Positions 1-7,669 of a stretch of DNA of 32,000 nucleotides are shown in pieces; position 1 is the stretch's first letter, and every line of letters starts with the position of its first letter. The stretch is from assembly GCF_009831105.1 (NCBI RefSeq), contig NZ_WUUQ01000002.1:120001-152000 (forward strand), written 5' to 3'. Source of the DNA: Copranaerobaculum intestinale (lineage in GTDB: Bacteria > Bacillota_I > Bacilli_A > Erysipelotrichales > Erysipelotrichaceae). A program made the position numbers and the translations under genes. Under the pieces are notes generated by a model, which was not told where the DNA came from, did no database searches, and saw only the letters and a list, made by a program, of their open reading frames with translations.

Positions 1-251
1 TAAAGATAAAAAGATAAACTGAAAACCAGTATTAAAAATCGCCAATCATACTTCATAAAGGGCCATATCACAAGCGTTATGAAAACATAAAGCGATCTGC
101 GAATGCGTTTTTGATAAAAACTATCTGCCGCGTAATGAAATATGGATTCTGCGTCGGCTTCCTTCAGCAGCGGCAGCAGGTAGTTCTCAATCGTTGTATG
201 AAAGATCGTAATTACGGCCAAAAACAGATAGAGTATTAGGATTCCCAGCAT
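1..251 (-). CDS. Partial polytopic membrane protein (3' end beyond the window), probably a second T2SS-F/TadC-like platform protein of the Tad-like operon
   Basis: Absent from the ORF track because it runs off the window. Minus-strand ATG at 251..249, preceded by GGAGGAA (rc of 257..263) with a 5-nt spacer. I checked the frame by hand and it is open to position 1 (MLGILILYLFLAVITIFHTTIENYLLPLLKEADAES...). It overlaps the stop of the upstream gene by 16 nt. The N-terminus is hydrophobic. The family call rests on position only. Confidence 0.4.
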   Translation of the reverse strand, partial: MLGILILYLFLAVITIFHTTIENYLLPLLKEADAESIFHYAADSFYQKRIRRSLYVFITLVIWPFMKYDWRFLILVFSLSFYL

Positions 252-1111
252 ACATATTCCTCCGCATCTATCCAGCTGTCCTGCAGAATACGGTGAGCCA
301 TGATGATGGTAACACCGATACAAATAAAGAACAGGGACATTGATATCTGATAGACACCGCCTGTTACTTGAAAGTCAATCTGGGCCAGCATCTGTTTGGA
401 TACAAAAGCGATGAGACCTGCAAAAGCGCAGAGAACCAGCATGCGGTTTTTGGCCTGAAGCTGCTGTTTTTTGAACAGATAAACATCTTCGATCCAATCA
501 TCGATATCATCCTGAATAAAATCCAGACCTTCCTGATAATAAAGTGATCCATGCTCTTCCACAGCGCAGGTGATGGTGAGAAGATTATGAATAATAAAAT
601 GCGGACAGTATGATCGCAGCGGCTCAAATGCCGTTTCCAAATCTTCGCCGTTCTCAATATTAGTCATAATGGCTTGCACCGTGATTTTTAAATCTCCCTG
701 TGTGAGGGCCTCACAATCCGTAAGGGTTTGATAGAGCTTGGGATTGAGCTTGAAAAGGGCGATAAAATGTTGAAGGAAATTAGTCAGATCATTGAATTTA
801 CGTTCCTCAAAGGTATGTGAAGCTGACCATAAAACTAACAGCGGCATCAGTAAAACAGCAGTGAAGGCCATCACCATGATACTAGCTAACTGCAGTTGAA
901 AGAGAAAACCCGCTGCGGTCACCAAAATTGCGCTCAGGGTGCAAATCAGAACGTGCTGACGCATTTGATACTGATAGCCATAGGCGATGACAGACTGCTG
1001 CAGATTACGGAAGCCGCCGCGCTGCAGGATGCAGTAACGGAGAATGGCACCGCCTTGTCTGCGGTTGCCCAGATACAACATAATAAGGATTATAAACAAA
1101 ATGACAGTCAT
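236..1111 (-). CDS. T2SS-F/TadB-like inner-membrane platform protein (Tad/Flp pilus assembly)
   Basis: 291-aa ORF. It has N-terminal TM helices, a central soluble helical region and two C-terminal TM helices. Its start overlaps the stop of the upstream ATPase gene (ATGA at 1108..1111). Family assignment is by architecture and context, not by a recognised motif. Confidence 0.5.
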   Translation of the reverse strand: MTVILFIILIMLYLGNRRQGGAILRYCILQRGGFRNLQQSVIAYGYQYQMRQHVLICTLSAILVTAAGFLFQLQLASIMVMAFTAVLLMPLLVLWSASHTFEERKFNDLTNFLQHFIALFKLNPKLYQTLTDCEALTQGDLKITVQAIMTNIENGEDLETAFEPLRSYCPHFIIHNLLTITCAVEEHGSLYYQEGLDFIQDDIDDWIEDVYLFKKQQLQAKNRMLVLCAFAGLIAFVSKQMLAQIDFQVTGGVYQISMSLFFICIGVTIIMAHRILQDSWIDAEEYVCWES

Positions 1112-2121
1112 GATTTCTTCCTCTTTTTTTTCTGTGGATTCATCAGGCGCTCTTTCATCTCATCGGGCAGCAGCTTTATGAAATCCAGTTCTTTTCCTTG
1201 TTCATAAAGCAAAACTTGGACGGGATTGCCATGATCGACAAAGTAAGCAGTCACAGAATGGATGTATCTTTGTACACCGTCAGTACCGATGTTTGATCGG
1301 ACGCAAATTCCTAAATCGACGGCATCGTAAATGACCTGCTCCAGCTGGAGATTATCAATTTCCTGACCAGGATACATCTGCTGAATTCGATAGGGGATGC
1401 GGGATGCGGAGCGGCAGTGCAGAGTAGATAAAATATGGGTTCCGGTGGACATGCTTTCCAACAGATAAACAACCTCACGGGAACGGACTTCTGATACCAG
1501 AATCCAATTGGGACGCTGCCGCAGGCCCGCTTTGATAGCATCTGCATATGTAAAATGTTCATTGACCTTCAAAGCTACACAGTCCCGCTGTGGATGCAGA
1601 TCATGATATCGAAGCTCTAGGGTATCCTCAATCGTAATGACACGCTCATGTTCCGGTATGGAAGCACTCAATAACTTGATAAGCTCTGTTTTTCCTACTC
1701 CCGGCAAACCGCATACTAAAATATTAAAATGATGAGCGACTGCATCTTGCAGAAAATGCAGGAGGGATGCCGGAACATATTGAGATTTCACTGCCGCTGT
1801 ATCACTAATTCGCATGAGTGCAGGAGTTTTACGAATAGAAATACTATTGCCGCCGTGGGCTATGGATTCATGAATAATACTGATTCTCAGTTCATCAGTC
1901 TCTGCTTCCAGAAGCGGTGAGGTTACATTAAAGGGCTGATTGACATAATTGGCAAGTTTGTAACAGAATTGCTTCATAAACGCCGTTTCTTCAAAATCTT
2001 CAATGGAATATCGCCCCTTTTTCAAATGGTCGATCCATAGCGTATACCCATTGAAATTAATGTCAGTGATATTTTCATCCTGAATAAACGGCTCCAGCGG
2101 GCCAAACGAAAACTCATTCAT
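1108..2121 (-). CDS. CpaF/TadA/VirB11-family type II/IV secretion ATPase (short form, 337 aa)
   Basis: Walker A GLPGVGKTE, followed by ITIEDTLEL and RQRPNWILVSEVR (Walker B/Asp-box-like) and a His-box-like STLHC. These are typical of T2SS-E-family hexameric ATPases. Overlaps the upstream gene by 8 nt. Confidence 0.8.
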   Translation of the reverse strand: MNEFSFGPLEPFIQDENITDINFNGYTLWIDHLKKGRYSIEDFEETAFMKQFCYKLANYVNQPFNVTSPLLEAETDELRISIIHESIAHGGNSISIRKTPALMRISDTAAVKSQYVPASLLHFLQDAVAHHFNILVCGLPGVGKTELIKLLSASIPEHERVITIEDTLELRYHDLHPQRDCVALKVNEHFTYADAIKAGLRQRPNWILVSEVRSREVVYLLESMSTGTHILSTLHCRSASRIPYRIQQMYPGQEIDNLQLEQVIYDAVDLGICVRSNIGTDGVQRYIHSVTAYFVDHGNPVQVLLYEQGKELDFIKLLPDEMKERLMNPQKKKRKKS

Positions 2122-2824
2122 TTTTCAGATAGGAGAGCACCTTAGATTCACTTATAAAAATGGACTCTTCTTTCTCCTTGGAATTTGCAGTCTGTGCATA
2201 TAGATCGATCACACCGATTTTATTAGCAATCTTCAGATATGGAATAATTTCATCACGTATTCCCAGAATGACCACATAGGGAATTCCGGTCGTATTCGGA
2301 TCATCCATATTCAGGCCTTTGCGGTCTTTCACAGAAAGCACTCGTACATTTTTTACCAAACGATCTACCACCGGCTGTTCCCTTGGCTTTTGTACGGTCA
2401 CATAAACATCGACTTTTTGTCCTTCCACAATTGTATTTCCGGACAGCTTAACTAGATCGCTTGGCAGTGAAAATGCTGTTTGCCCCTTTTTCAGCTGCAT
2501 AGAAGGATAATCCGGCAGGTCCTTCAGGTCATGAAGCATTGTTTTATAAAAGAGCGAGCCCTTGGGAATTGTTCCAGTGATTTCTGTATATTTATGAAGC
2601 ACCTGTGTTTTGTTTGTATAACAGCTGCTGTCAGCATAGGCCTTTGGTACTTTTTTGATGCCGATCATCGATGCTTTGATTTCTTGTCTTGGCCGAATTT
2701 TCACCTTCGCATAAGGAACTTCCACCAAATCAACGGAATGATCAACGGCTACACGAAAGGCTACTATATTAATCAAAACCAGTAAGGCTGTTAATATCAT
2801 CAACTTTGATTTTTTAGGATTCAT
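2114..2824 (-). CDS. CpaB/RcpC-like Flp pilus assembly protein (N-terminal TM anchor plus SAF-like domain)
   Basis: 236-aa ORF. N-terminal signal anchor KSKLMILTALLVLINIVAF, followed by a beta-rich region. RBS GAGGAGG lies 6 nt upstream of the ATG. It sits directly upstream of the Tad ATPase, as in Tad loci. Confidence 0.5.
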   Translation of the reverse strand: MNPKKSKLMILTALLVLINIVAFRVAVDHSVDLVEVPYAKVKIRPRQEIKASMIGIKKVPKAYADSSCYTNKTQVLHKYTEITGTIPKGSLFYKTMLHDLKDLPDYPSMQLKKGQTAFSLPSDLVKLSGNTIVEGQKVDVYVTVQKPREQPVVDRLVKNVRVLSVKDRKGLNMDDPNTTGIPYVVILGIRDEIIPYLKIANKIGVIDLYAQTANSKEKEESIFISESKVLSYLKNE

Positions 2825-3185
2825 CCTTTACCTCCTCAATCATGGCTTCTTCTACTTTAATTTTCATATTCTGAATTTTTCCTGTTTCCTGAGCAGTTAC
2901 CCGCACCTTCATAAACAGCGGTTCATCTATATAACCGTTCAGAGTCATAACATATTGAAATCCATCAACGGCGTTCATTCGAAAGTAGTCATTGAAATAT
3001 TCCATCAGCTCATCCGGATGGCTGCGATTTTCTTTTCTGCTCATTACCATCGCATAGGCGATTGCCCGCTTCGTATTTGTCTCAAGGGTATTCTGGATAT
3101 GGTCGTAGCGTACCCACCAGCTCCCACAGAGGAGGGATACGAAGGTGAAGAAAAGAAACATGGCAGCGAGTATGACAGCTTTCAT
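2814..3185 (-). CDS. Small membrane-anchored protein, first gene of the Tad-like operon (possibly a TadE/pseudopilin-like component)
   Basis: 123-aa ORF with a hydrophobic N-terminus (MKAVILAAMFLFFTFVSLLCGSWW). RBS GGAGGTG precedes the ATG. Overlaps the next gene by 11 nt. Function is inferred from context only. Confidence 0.35.
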   Translation of the reverse strand: MKAVILAAMFLFFTFVSLLCGSWWVRYDHIQNTLETNTKRAIAYAMVMSRKENRSHPDELMEYFNDYFRMNAVDGFQYVMTLNGYIDEPLFMKVRVTAQETGKIQNMKIKVEEAMIEEVKDES

Positions 3186-3375
3186 TGCTTCACCTCCTGC
3201 TTCACTATACGGTAAAAACAGATGTTGACCTAACCCAAATTTTTTTATTTAATCTATACAGTCTTTGCTTTTGCTATATCTTTCCTTCTCTGCTTTATCT
3301 TTCTTGCTGGGTAATACATATATGAGCAGTGTCGGATCGGTTTAGAATGCATGTACCTAAAACATTAAAAATCAT

Positions 3376-3404
3376 TTGACAATTGGATTGATCCATGATA
3401 TTGT
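3376..3404 (+). promoter_or_regulatory. Sigma-A-type promoter of the infC-rpmI-rplT operon
   Basis: TTGACA (3376..3381), 17-nt spacer, TATTGT (3399..3404), with an extended -10 TG at 3396..3397. Confidence 0.55.
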
Positions 3405-3545
3405 TACTGGGCATAAAGACAGTGGAAAGTAGAAGCACCCCTTCTCACCTGATGGCCGAAGTCATAGGTATATGCTACGATAGTCAAAAAGACGAAAGTA
3501 CATAAACAAAGCGGGTGCCCTATCATGTGCCCGCTTTTTGCTTTA
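3405..3545 (+). promoter_or_regulatory. Candidate L20-leader-type ribosomal-protein leader, ending in an intrinsic terminator
   Basis: About 140 nt of structured untranslated leader lies between the promoter and infC. It ends in a GC-rich hairpin plus U-tract immediately before the infC RBS. In Firmicutes this position is occupied by the L20-responsive attenuator. The internal fold was not verified. Confidence 0.45.
3508..3539 (+). terminator. Leader (attenuator) terminator upstream of infC
   Basis: AAAGCGGGTGccctatcatGTGCCCGCTTTTT. GCGGG(TG) pairs with (GT)CCCGC and is followed by T5. It lies 11 nt upstream of the infC SD. Confidence 0.6.
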
Positions 3546-3562
3546 AAATGGAGGTGTCTGTT

Positions 3563-4105
3563 ATTTACAACAAAAAAGTTATTCCAAACAACGTTAACGA
3601 CGATCTGGTCAATGAAAAAATCCGGTTCAAGGAAGTTCTGGTAATTGATGCCAACGGTGAACAGTTGGGTGTCAAGCTCCGCCGTGAAGCTTTAGAAATT
3701 GCATACGATCAGAATCTTGATCTGTTATGCGTCGCGCCAAACGGAGTACCGCCGGTATGTAAAGTGCTGAATTATGGACGGTATCACTTTGAACAGCAGA
3801 AGAAAACAAAGGAAGCCAAGAAAAAACAGCATGTTACAGAAATCAAACCGCTGCGTCTATCCCCGGTCATTGATAAACATGATTTTGATACGAAAATGCG
3901 CCATGCCCGCAAATGGATAGAGGACGGCATGAAAGTAAAAGTTGATATGCGTTTCCGTGGCCGTTTGATTACAAGACTGGAAGTCGGTAAGAAAATAATG
4001 AACAGCTTTATTGAAGAAATATCAGATATTGCTACTGTTGAGAAAAAGCCGCTGTTGGAGGGCAATACCATGTCCTGCGTATTGACGGCGAAGAAAACAA
4101 AATAG
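3563..4105 (+). CDS. infC: Translation initiation factor IF-3, with a predicted non-canonical ATT start
   Basis: Conserved IF-3 sequence (INEKIRFKEVLVIDANGEQLG, PPVCKVLNYGRYHFEQQKK, EIKPLRLSPVIDKHDF). SD GGAGGTG at 3550..3556 lies 6 nt before an in-frame ATT at 3563. The track's ATG at 3515 sits inside the leader terminator, and the ATG at 3548 has no SD. Confidence 0.85.
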   Translation: MYNKKVIPNNVNDDLVNEKIRFKEVLVIDANGEQLGVKLRREALEIAYDQNLDLLCVAPNGVPPVCKVLNYGRYHFEQQKKTKEAKKKQHVTEIKPLRLSPVIDKHDFDTKMRHARKWIEDGMKVKVDMRFRGRLITRLEVGKKIMNSFIEEISDIATVEKKPLLEGNTMSCVLTAKKTK

Positions 4106-4117
4106 GAGGATGTACTT

Positions 4118-4312
4118 ATGCCAAAGATGAAGAGTCACAGAGGATTAGCAAAACGTGTCAAAAGAACAGGTTCAGGTCAGCTGAAAAGAGGCCGTGCTTA
4201 TACTTCTCACCGTTTCCACGGTAAAACCCAGAAGCAGAAACGTCATTTAAGAAAGGCATCACTGGTCAGCAAGAGCGATTACAAGCGGATCAAACTGATG
4301 CTGCATAAATAG
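4118..4312 (+). CDS. rpmI: 50S ribosomal protein L35
   Basis: 64 aa and very basic ([20 protein letters not shown]...). RBS AGGAGGA. Lies between infC and rplT. Confidence 0.95.
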   Translation: MPKMKSHRGLAKRVKRTGSGQLKRGRAYTSHRFHGKTQKQKRHLRKASLVSKSDYKRIKLMLHK

Positions 4313-4330
4313 GAAGAGGAGGAATAAAAC

Positions 4331-4690
4331 ATGGCAAGAGTTAAAGGTGGTTATGTAACCCGTCAGAGAAGAAAAAAAGTTTTAAAATTAGCAAAGGGCT
4401 ATTTCGGTTCTAAACATATTCTGTATCGCACTGCGAATGAGCAGGTTATGCATTCCCTGCGCTATGCATATAATGATCGCCGCGATCTGAAAAATGAAAT
4501 GCGCAAACTGTGGATTGCCCGCATCAATGCCGCTGCTAGAATGAATGATATTTCTTATTCCCGTTTAATGCACGGTTTGAAGCTGGCTGGCATTACGGTT
4601 AACCGTAAAATGCTTTCTGAAATTGCAATCAGTGATCCGAAGGGATTTACCGGTATCTGCGATAAAGCAAAAAAAGCGTTAGAGAAATAA
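4331..4690 (+). CDS. rplT: 50S ribosomal protein L20
   Basis: 119 aa, [26 protein letters not shown]..., a canonical L20 N-terminus. RBS GAGGAGGAA. Confidence 0.95.
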   Translation: MARVKGGYVTRQRRKKVLKLAKGYFGSKHILYRTANEQVMHSLRYAYNDRRDLKNEMRKLWIARINAAARMNDISYSRLMHGLKLAGITVNRKMLSEIAISDPKGFTGICDKAKKALEK

Positions 4691-4703
4691 TCGGAAGATC
4701 ATC

Positions 4704-5141
4704 ATGGATGAGACTCGTCAGACATTAAATGAGTTACTGGTCGATCTTTTCAATTACATTCTTCTAATTGAAGAACGCAATCTGCAGGAAAGCAAGGTTG
4801 CGCTCTCCATGACGGAGGTGCATATTCTGGAAGCAATTCAAAAAAGTGAATCTAAAATGATGTCTGCGATCGCCAAACGGCTGATGGTGACTCAGGGAAC
4901 ACTTACAGTTTCTACTTCAAAGCTTGTGAATAAGGGATATGTGATTCGTGAACGTGATGAAGAAGATCGGCGTATTGTCCGTCTGGCCTTGACGGACAAG
5001 GCACAGCATGTACTGGATGTTCATGATCAGTTCCATTCCCGTATGATCGATAAGGTACTCGATGAACTGGATATCGGCGAGGATGAGGCATTGGTCAAAT
5101 CCTTAAGCAATGTCCTGTCATTCTTCAAGGAACAGTATTAA
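4704..5141 (+). CDS. MarR-family transcriptional regulator
   Basis: 145 aa. Winged-HTH pattern (LSMTEVHILEAI...IAKRLMVTQGTLTVSTSKLVNKGYVIRERDEEDRRIVRLALT). Starts 13 nt after the rplT stop, with no intervening terminator. Confidence 0.75.
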   Translation: MDETRQTLNELLVDLFNYILLIEERNLQESKVALSMTEVHILEAIQKSESKMMSAIAKRLMVTQGTLTVSTSKLVNKGYVIRERDEEDRRIVRLALTDKAQHVLDVHDQFHSRMIDKVLDELDIGEDEALVKSLSNVLSFFKEQY

Positions 5142-5166
5142 GACTGCCGTTTTGGCAGTTTTTTTA
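5142..5166 (+). terminator. Intrinsic terminator ending the infC-rpmI-rplT-marR transcription unit
   Basis: GACTGCCgttttGGCAGT followed by a T7 run. Confidence 0.75.
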
Positions 5167-5287
5167 GTTATGGGAAATCACAAATACTGCCAAATCATGT
5201 ACTTGTTTTAAAAAACGATACTTTCTGTTATACTATATGCGCGTGTGATTAGGATTACATGCATATGAAACGGAAGGAGCAATCGGC

Positions 5288-6115
5288 TTGAAAAGAATCG
5301 GATGGATATTGGCGGCGCTGTTAGTTATCAGCGGCTGTACTGCGAAAGATCCCGTGAAACCAGCAAAGGGCAAGATTAAGGAAGTGCATGCGGCAGAAGT
5401 GCTGAAGCAGCTTGATCAAAAGCAATCAATGCTGCTGGTGATCGGCACCTCTACTTGTGGTTCGTGTATAGAATTTGACGATGTGCTGAAAGAATACATA
5501 AAGGATCATAAAATTACCTTTGCTTCTTTAAAGACGGATGATGAGCCGATCATAAAAAATACAGAGGGTCAGGAGGTCCGACAGGATTACCTGGATCTGC
5601 AGGCGAGAATCGGTAAGATTACAGTTACCCCGACAATTGTGATGATCGTAAATGGAGAAGTAAAAGCCATGGAATCCGGAGGCTGGAATAAACAGGAACT
5701 CAAAGAGCTGTTAAAAACATTTGATGAAGCTAAGAATACCAAACCTTTAACGGGCAGGATCACATATAAAAACAGTACTGAGGTCATGCAGGCGATTCAA
5801 AAGAAAGAGTCAATGATTTTGATTGTGGGCAGGACGACCTGCAGTGCCTGTATTCATTTCCAGAAAACAATTCATTCTTTTCTGGAAACAGAAGCATATA
5901 CTTTTACGGAACTGATGACGGATAAGGAAACAGCTGTTAAGGATGAAAATGGTAAGACCGTACTTCCGGAATTTGAAAAGCTGGAAGCAATCATCGGTCA
6001 GCTTGAATATACGCCGACGATGTTTCGTATTGAAAACGGTGTGGTTGTGAATACATCCGTAGGTTCTATCAGTGAAACTGAATTAAAAGAATTTTTGGAT
6101 GGATATCCGTCTTAA
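5288..6115 (+). CDS. Lipoprotein with two tandem thioredoxin-fold domains (two CxxC motifs)
   Basis: TTG start 8 nt after GGAAGGAG. Signal peptide plus lipobox (LLVISG|C). Two roughly 125-aa repeats each carry the pattern [ML]L[LI][VI]G(T/R)(S/T)TC(G/S)(S/A)CI.F: C57GSC60 and C185SAC188. Confidence 0.8.
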   Translation: MKRIGWILAALLVISGCTAKDPVKPAKGKIKEVHAAEVLKQLDQKQSMLLVIGTSTCGSCIEFDDVLKEYIKDHKITFASLKTDDEPIIKNTEGQEVRQDYLDLQARIGKITVTPTIVMIVNGEVKAMESGGWNKQELKELLKTFDEAKNTKPLTGRITYKNSTEVMQAIQKKESMILIVGRTTCSACIHFQKTIHSFLETEAYTFTELMTDKETAVKDENGKTVLPEFEKLEAIIGQLEYTPTMFRIENGVVVNTSVGSISETELKEFLDGYPS

Positions 6116-6140
6116 CAGCTGAGGGAAAATGTGCTATACT
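6112..6140 (+). promoter_or_regulatory. Promoter of the glycerol-3-phosphate oxidoreductase operon
   Basis: TTAACA (6112..6117), 17-nt spacer, TATACT (6135..6140), with an extended -10 TG at 6132..6133. Confidence 0.5.
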
Positions 6141-6167
6141 GGTTATACAAGTTAATATTGGTAAGAG

Positions 6168-6213
6168 AAAACGAGACCAGAAAAAGAAATTATCTTTTTT
6201 GGCTCGTTTTTTT
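6168..6213 (+). terminator. Leader terminator/attenuator upstream of the glpA-like gene, a candidate GlpP antitermination target
   Basis: AAACGAGACCAGAAAAAGAaattaTCTTTTTTGGCTCGTTTTTTT. This is a long imperfect hairpin followed by a T-run. It lies between the predicted promoter and the RBS (GGGAGG, 6223..6228). Confidence 0.6.
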
Positions 6214-6235
6214 ATATTTAATGGGAGGTAAGAAA

Positions 6236-7669
6236 ATGAAAGATGTTGTAATCATCGGCGGAGGAATTATCGGATGCAGCATTGCATATGAATTGTCACA
6301 TTATGAGGGCTCTGTAGTTTTGGTGGAAAAGAACAGTGATATTGCAGATGAAGTCAGTATGGCCAATAGTGCAATCGTTCATGCTGGTTATGATCCGGAG
6401 GACGGTACATTGAAAGCAAAACTGAATGTACGGGGTGCGCAATTAATGAAACAGTGGTGTGCGGAACTGGAGGAAGAATATCAGACATGCGGTGCGTTTG
6501 TCGCCGCATGCGGTGAAGGAGAAGAATTGCTGCTCCATCGTTTGTATGAACGTGCGCTTCGGCGGAATGTAAAGGTACAGCTGCTTGATAAAGAAGCTGC
6601 GATAAAACTGGAACCAAATCTCAGCGATCAGGTTACAATGGTGATGAATGTACCGGATACAGCGGTAATCACACCTTGGAATTTTGCTTTATCAGCTTTG
6701 GAAACTGCAGTTGTGAATGGGTGTCAGGTATACCTTAACAGTCCGGTAACAGCGATTCAAAAGCTTTCAAAAGGTTATGCGGTGCAGGCGGGGAAGCAGC
6801 GAATTGAGGCTCGCTATGTAATCAATGCAGCGGGCTTATACAGTGATCAGATCGATCAAATGGCAACCGGAATCAAGCATTTTACGATTCAGGCCCGCAA
6901 GGGTGAATATTTCGTGCTCGCAAAGGATGCAAGGAATTTTATATCTCGTGTGATATATCCGGTTCCCGGACCAAAGGGCAAGGGGGTATTGGCGGTTCCA
7001 ACAGTACATGGCAATATCCTGATCGGGCCAAATCGCAATGATACGGATCGGGAGGATCATGCCACCGACGCAGAGGGATTAGCGATGGTTCGTTCTCAGA
7101 TCACGCATACGATGAAAAATGTACCAATGCAGGAAACAATCCGAACCTTCAGCGGTCTTCGTCCAGCCGGCAATCACGGAGATTTCTATATTCGGGAAGA
7201 GGTCGAATCCGCCGGCTTTATCAATGTTGGATGCATTGATTCACCGGGGATAGCCAGTGCTCCGGCAATCGGGGAATATGTACGGCAGCTCATTGAAAAA
7301 AAGCATCCGCTAAAGAGAAAGACACACTATAAAAAATGTAAGCCTTTGGTGCGCATGGCTGATTTATCTATGACAGATAAGCAGTCCATGATCAAGCAGG
7401 ATCCGCGCTATGGACATATTGTTTGCCGCTGTGAAAAAATATCGGAAGGTGAAATCATCGCTGCGATACAGCGGCCGATCCCGGCCAAGACGATTAAGGC
7501 GATCAAAAAGCGTATTCGCCCCGGCATGGGAAGATGCCAGGGAGGCTTCTGTGAACCGCTGGTGACGGATATCCTTTCAAAAACAATGAATGTAGATATG
7601 TGTGATATCTGTTACGACCAGCCGGAAACAAAGATGTTTGTCGGTCATACCAAGGAGGAGCAGTTATGA
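6236..7669 (+). CDS. FAD-dependent glycerol-3-phosphate dehydrogenase/oxidase-like oxidoreductase with a C-terminal BFD-like [2Fe-2S] domain
   Basis: Start chosen at MKDVVIIGGGIIGCSIAYEL (Rossmann GxGxxG) with RBS GGGAGG. The C-terminus has CRCEKISEGEI...GMGRCQGGFC. The track's N-terminal extension from 6131 would read through the leader terminator. Confidence 0.8.
   Translation: MKDVVIIGGGIIGCSIAYELSHYEGSVVLVEKNSDIADEVSMANSAIVHAGYDPEDGTLKAKLNVRGAQLMKQWCAELEEEYQTCGAFVAACGEGEELLLHRLYERALRRNVKVQLLDKEAAIKLEPNLSDQVTMVMNVPDTAVITPWNFALSALETAVVNGCQVYLNSPVTAIQKLSKGYAVQAGKQRIEARYVINAAGLYSDQIDQMATGIKHFTIQARKGEYFVLAKDARNFISRVIYPVPGPKGKGVLAVPTVHGNILIGPNRNDTDREDHATDAEGLAMVRSQITHTMKNVPMQETIRTFSGLRPAGNHGDFYIREEVESAGFINVGCIDSPGIASAPAIGEYVRQLIEKKHPLKRKTHYKKCKPLVRMADLSMTDKQSMIKQDPRYGHIVCRCEKISEGEIIAAIQRPIPAKTIKAIKKRIRPGMGRCQGGFCEPLVTDILSKTMNVDMCDICYDQPETKMFVGHTKEEQL

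Noticed and set aside
3515-3562. The ORF track extends several genes at the N-terminus. Affected track starts are infC at 3515, the glpA-like gene at 6131, glpP at 9205, the YlbJ-like gene at 14551, the hypothetical gene at 15927, pgeF at 17483, hrcA at 17755, grpE at 18794, ABC-F at 22638 and clpB at 25804.
   Set aside because: In each case the extension has no SD and runs through a terminator, promoter or CIRCE operator. An internal start with a strong GGAGG-type RBS coincides with the conserved N-terminus of the family.
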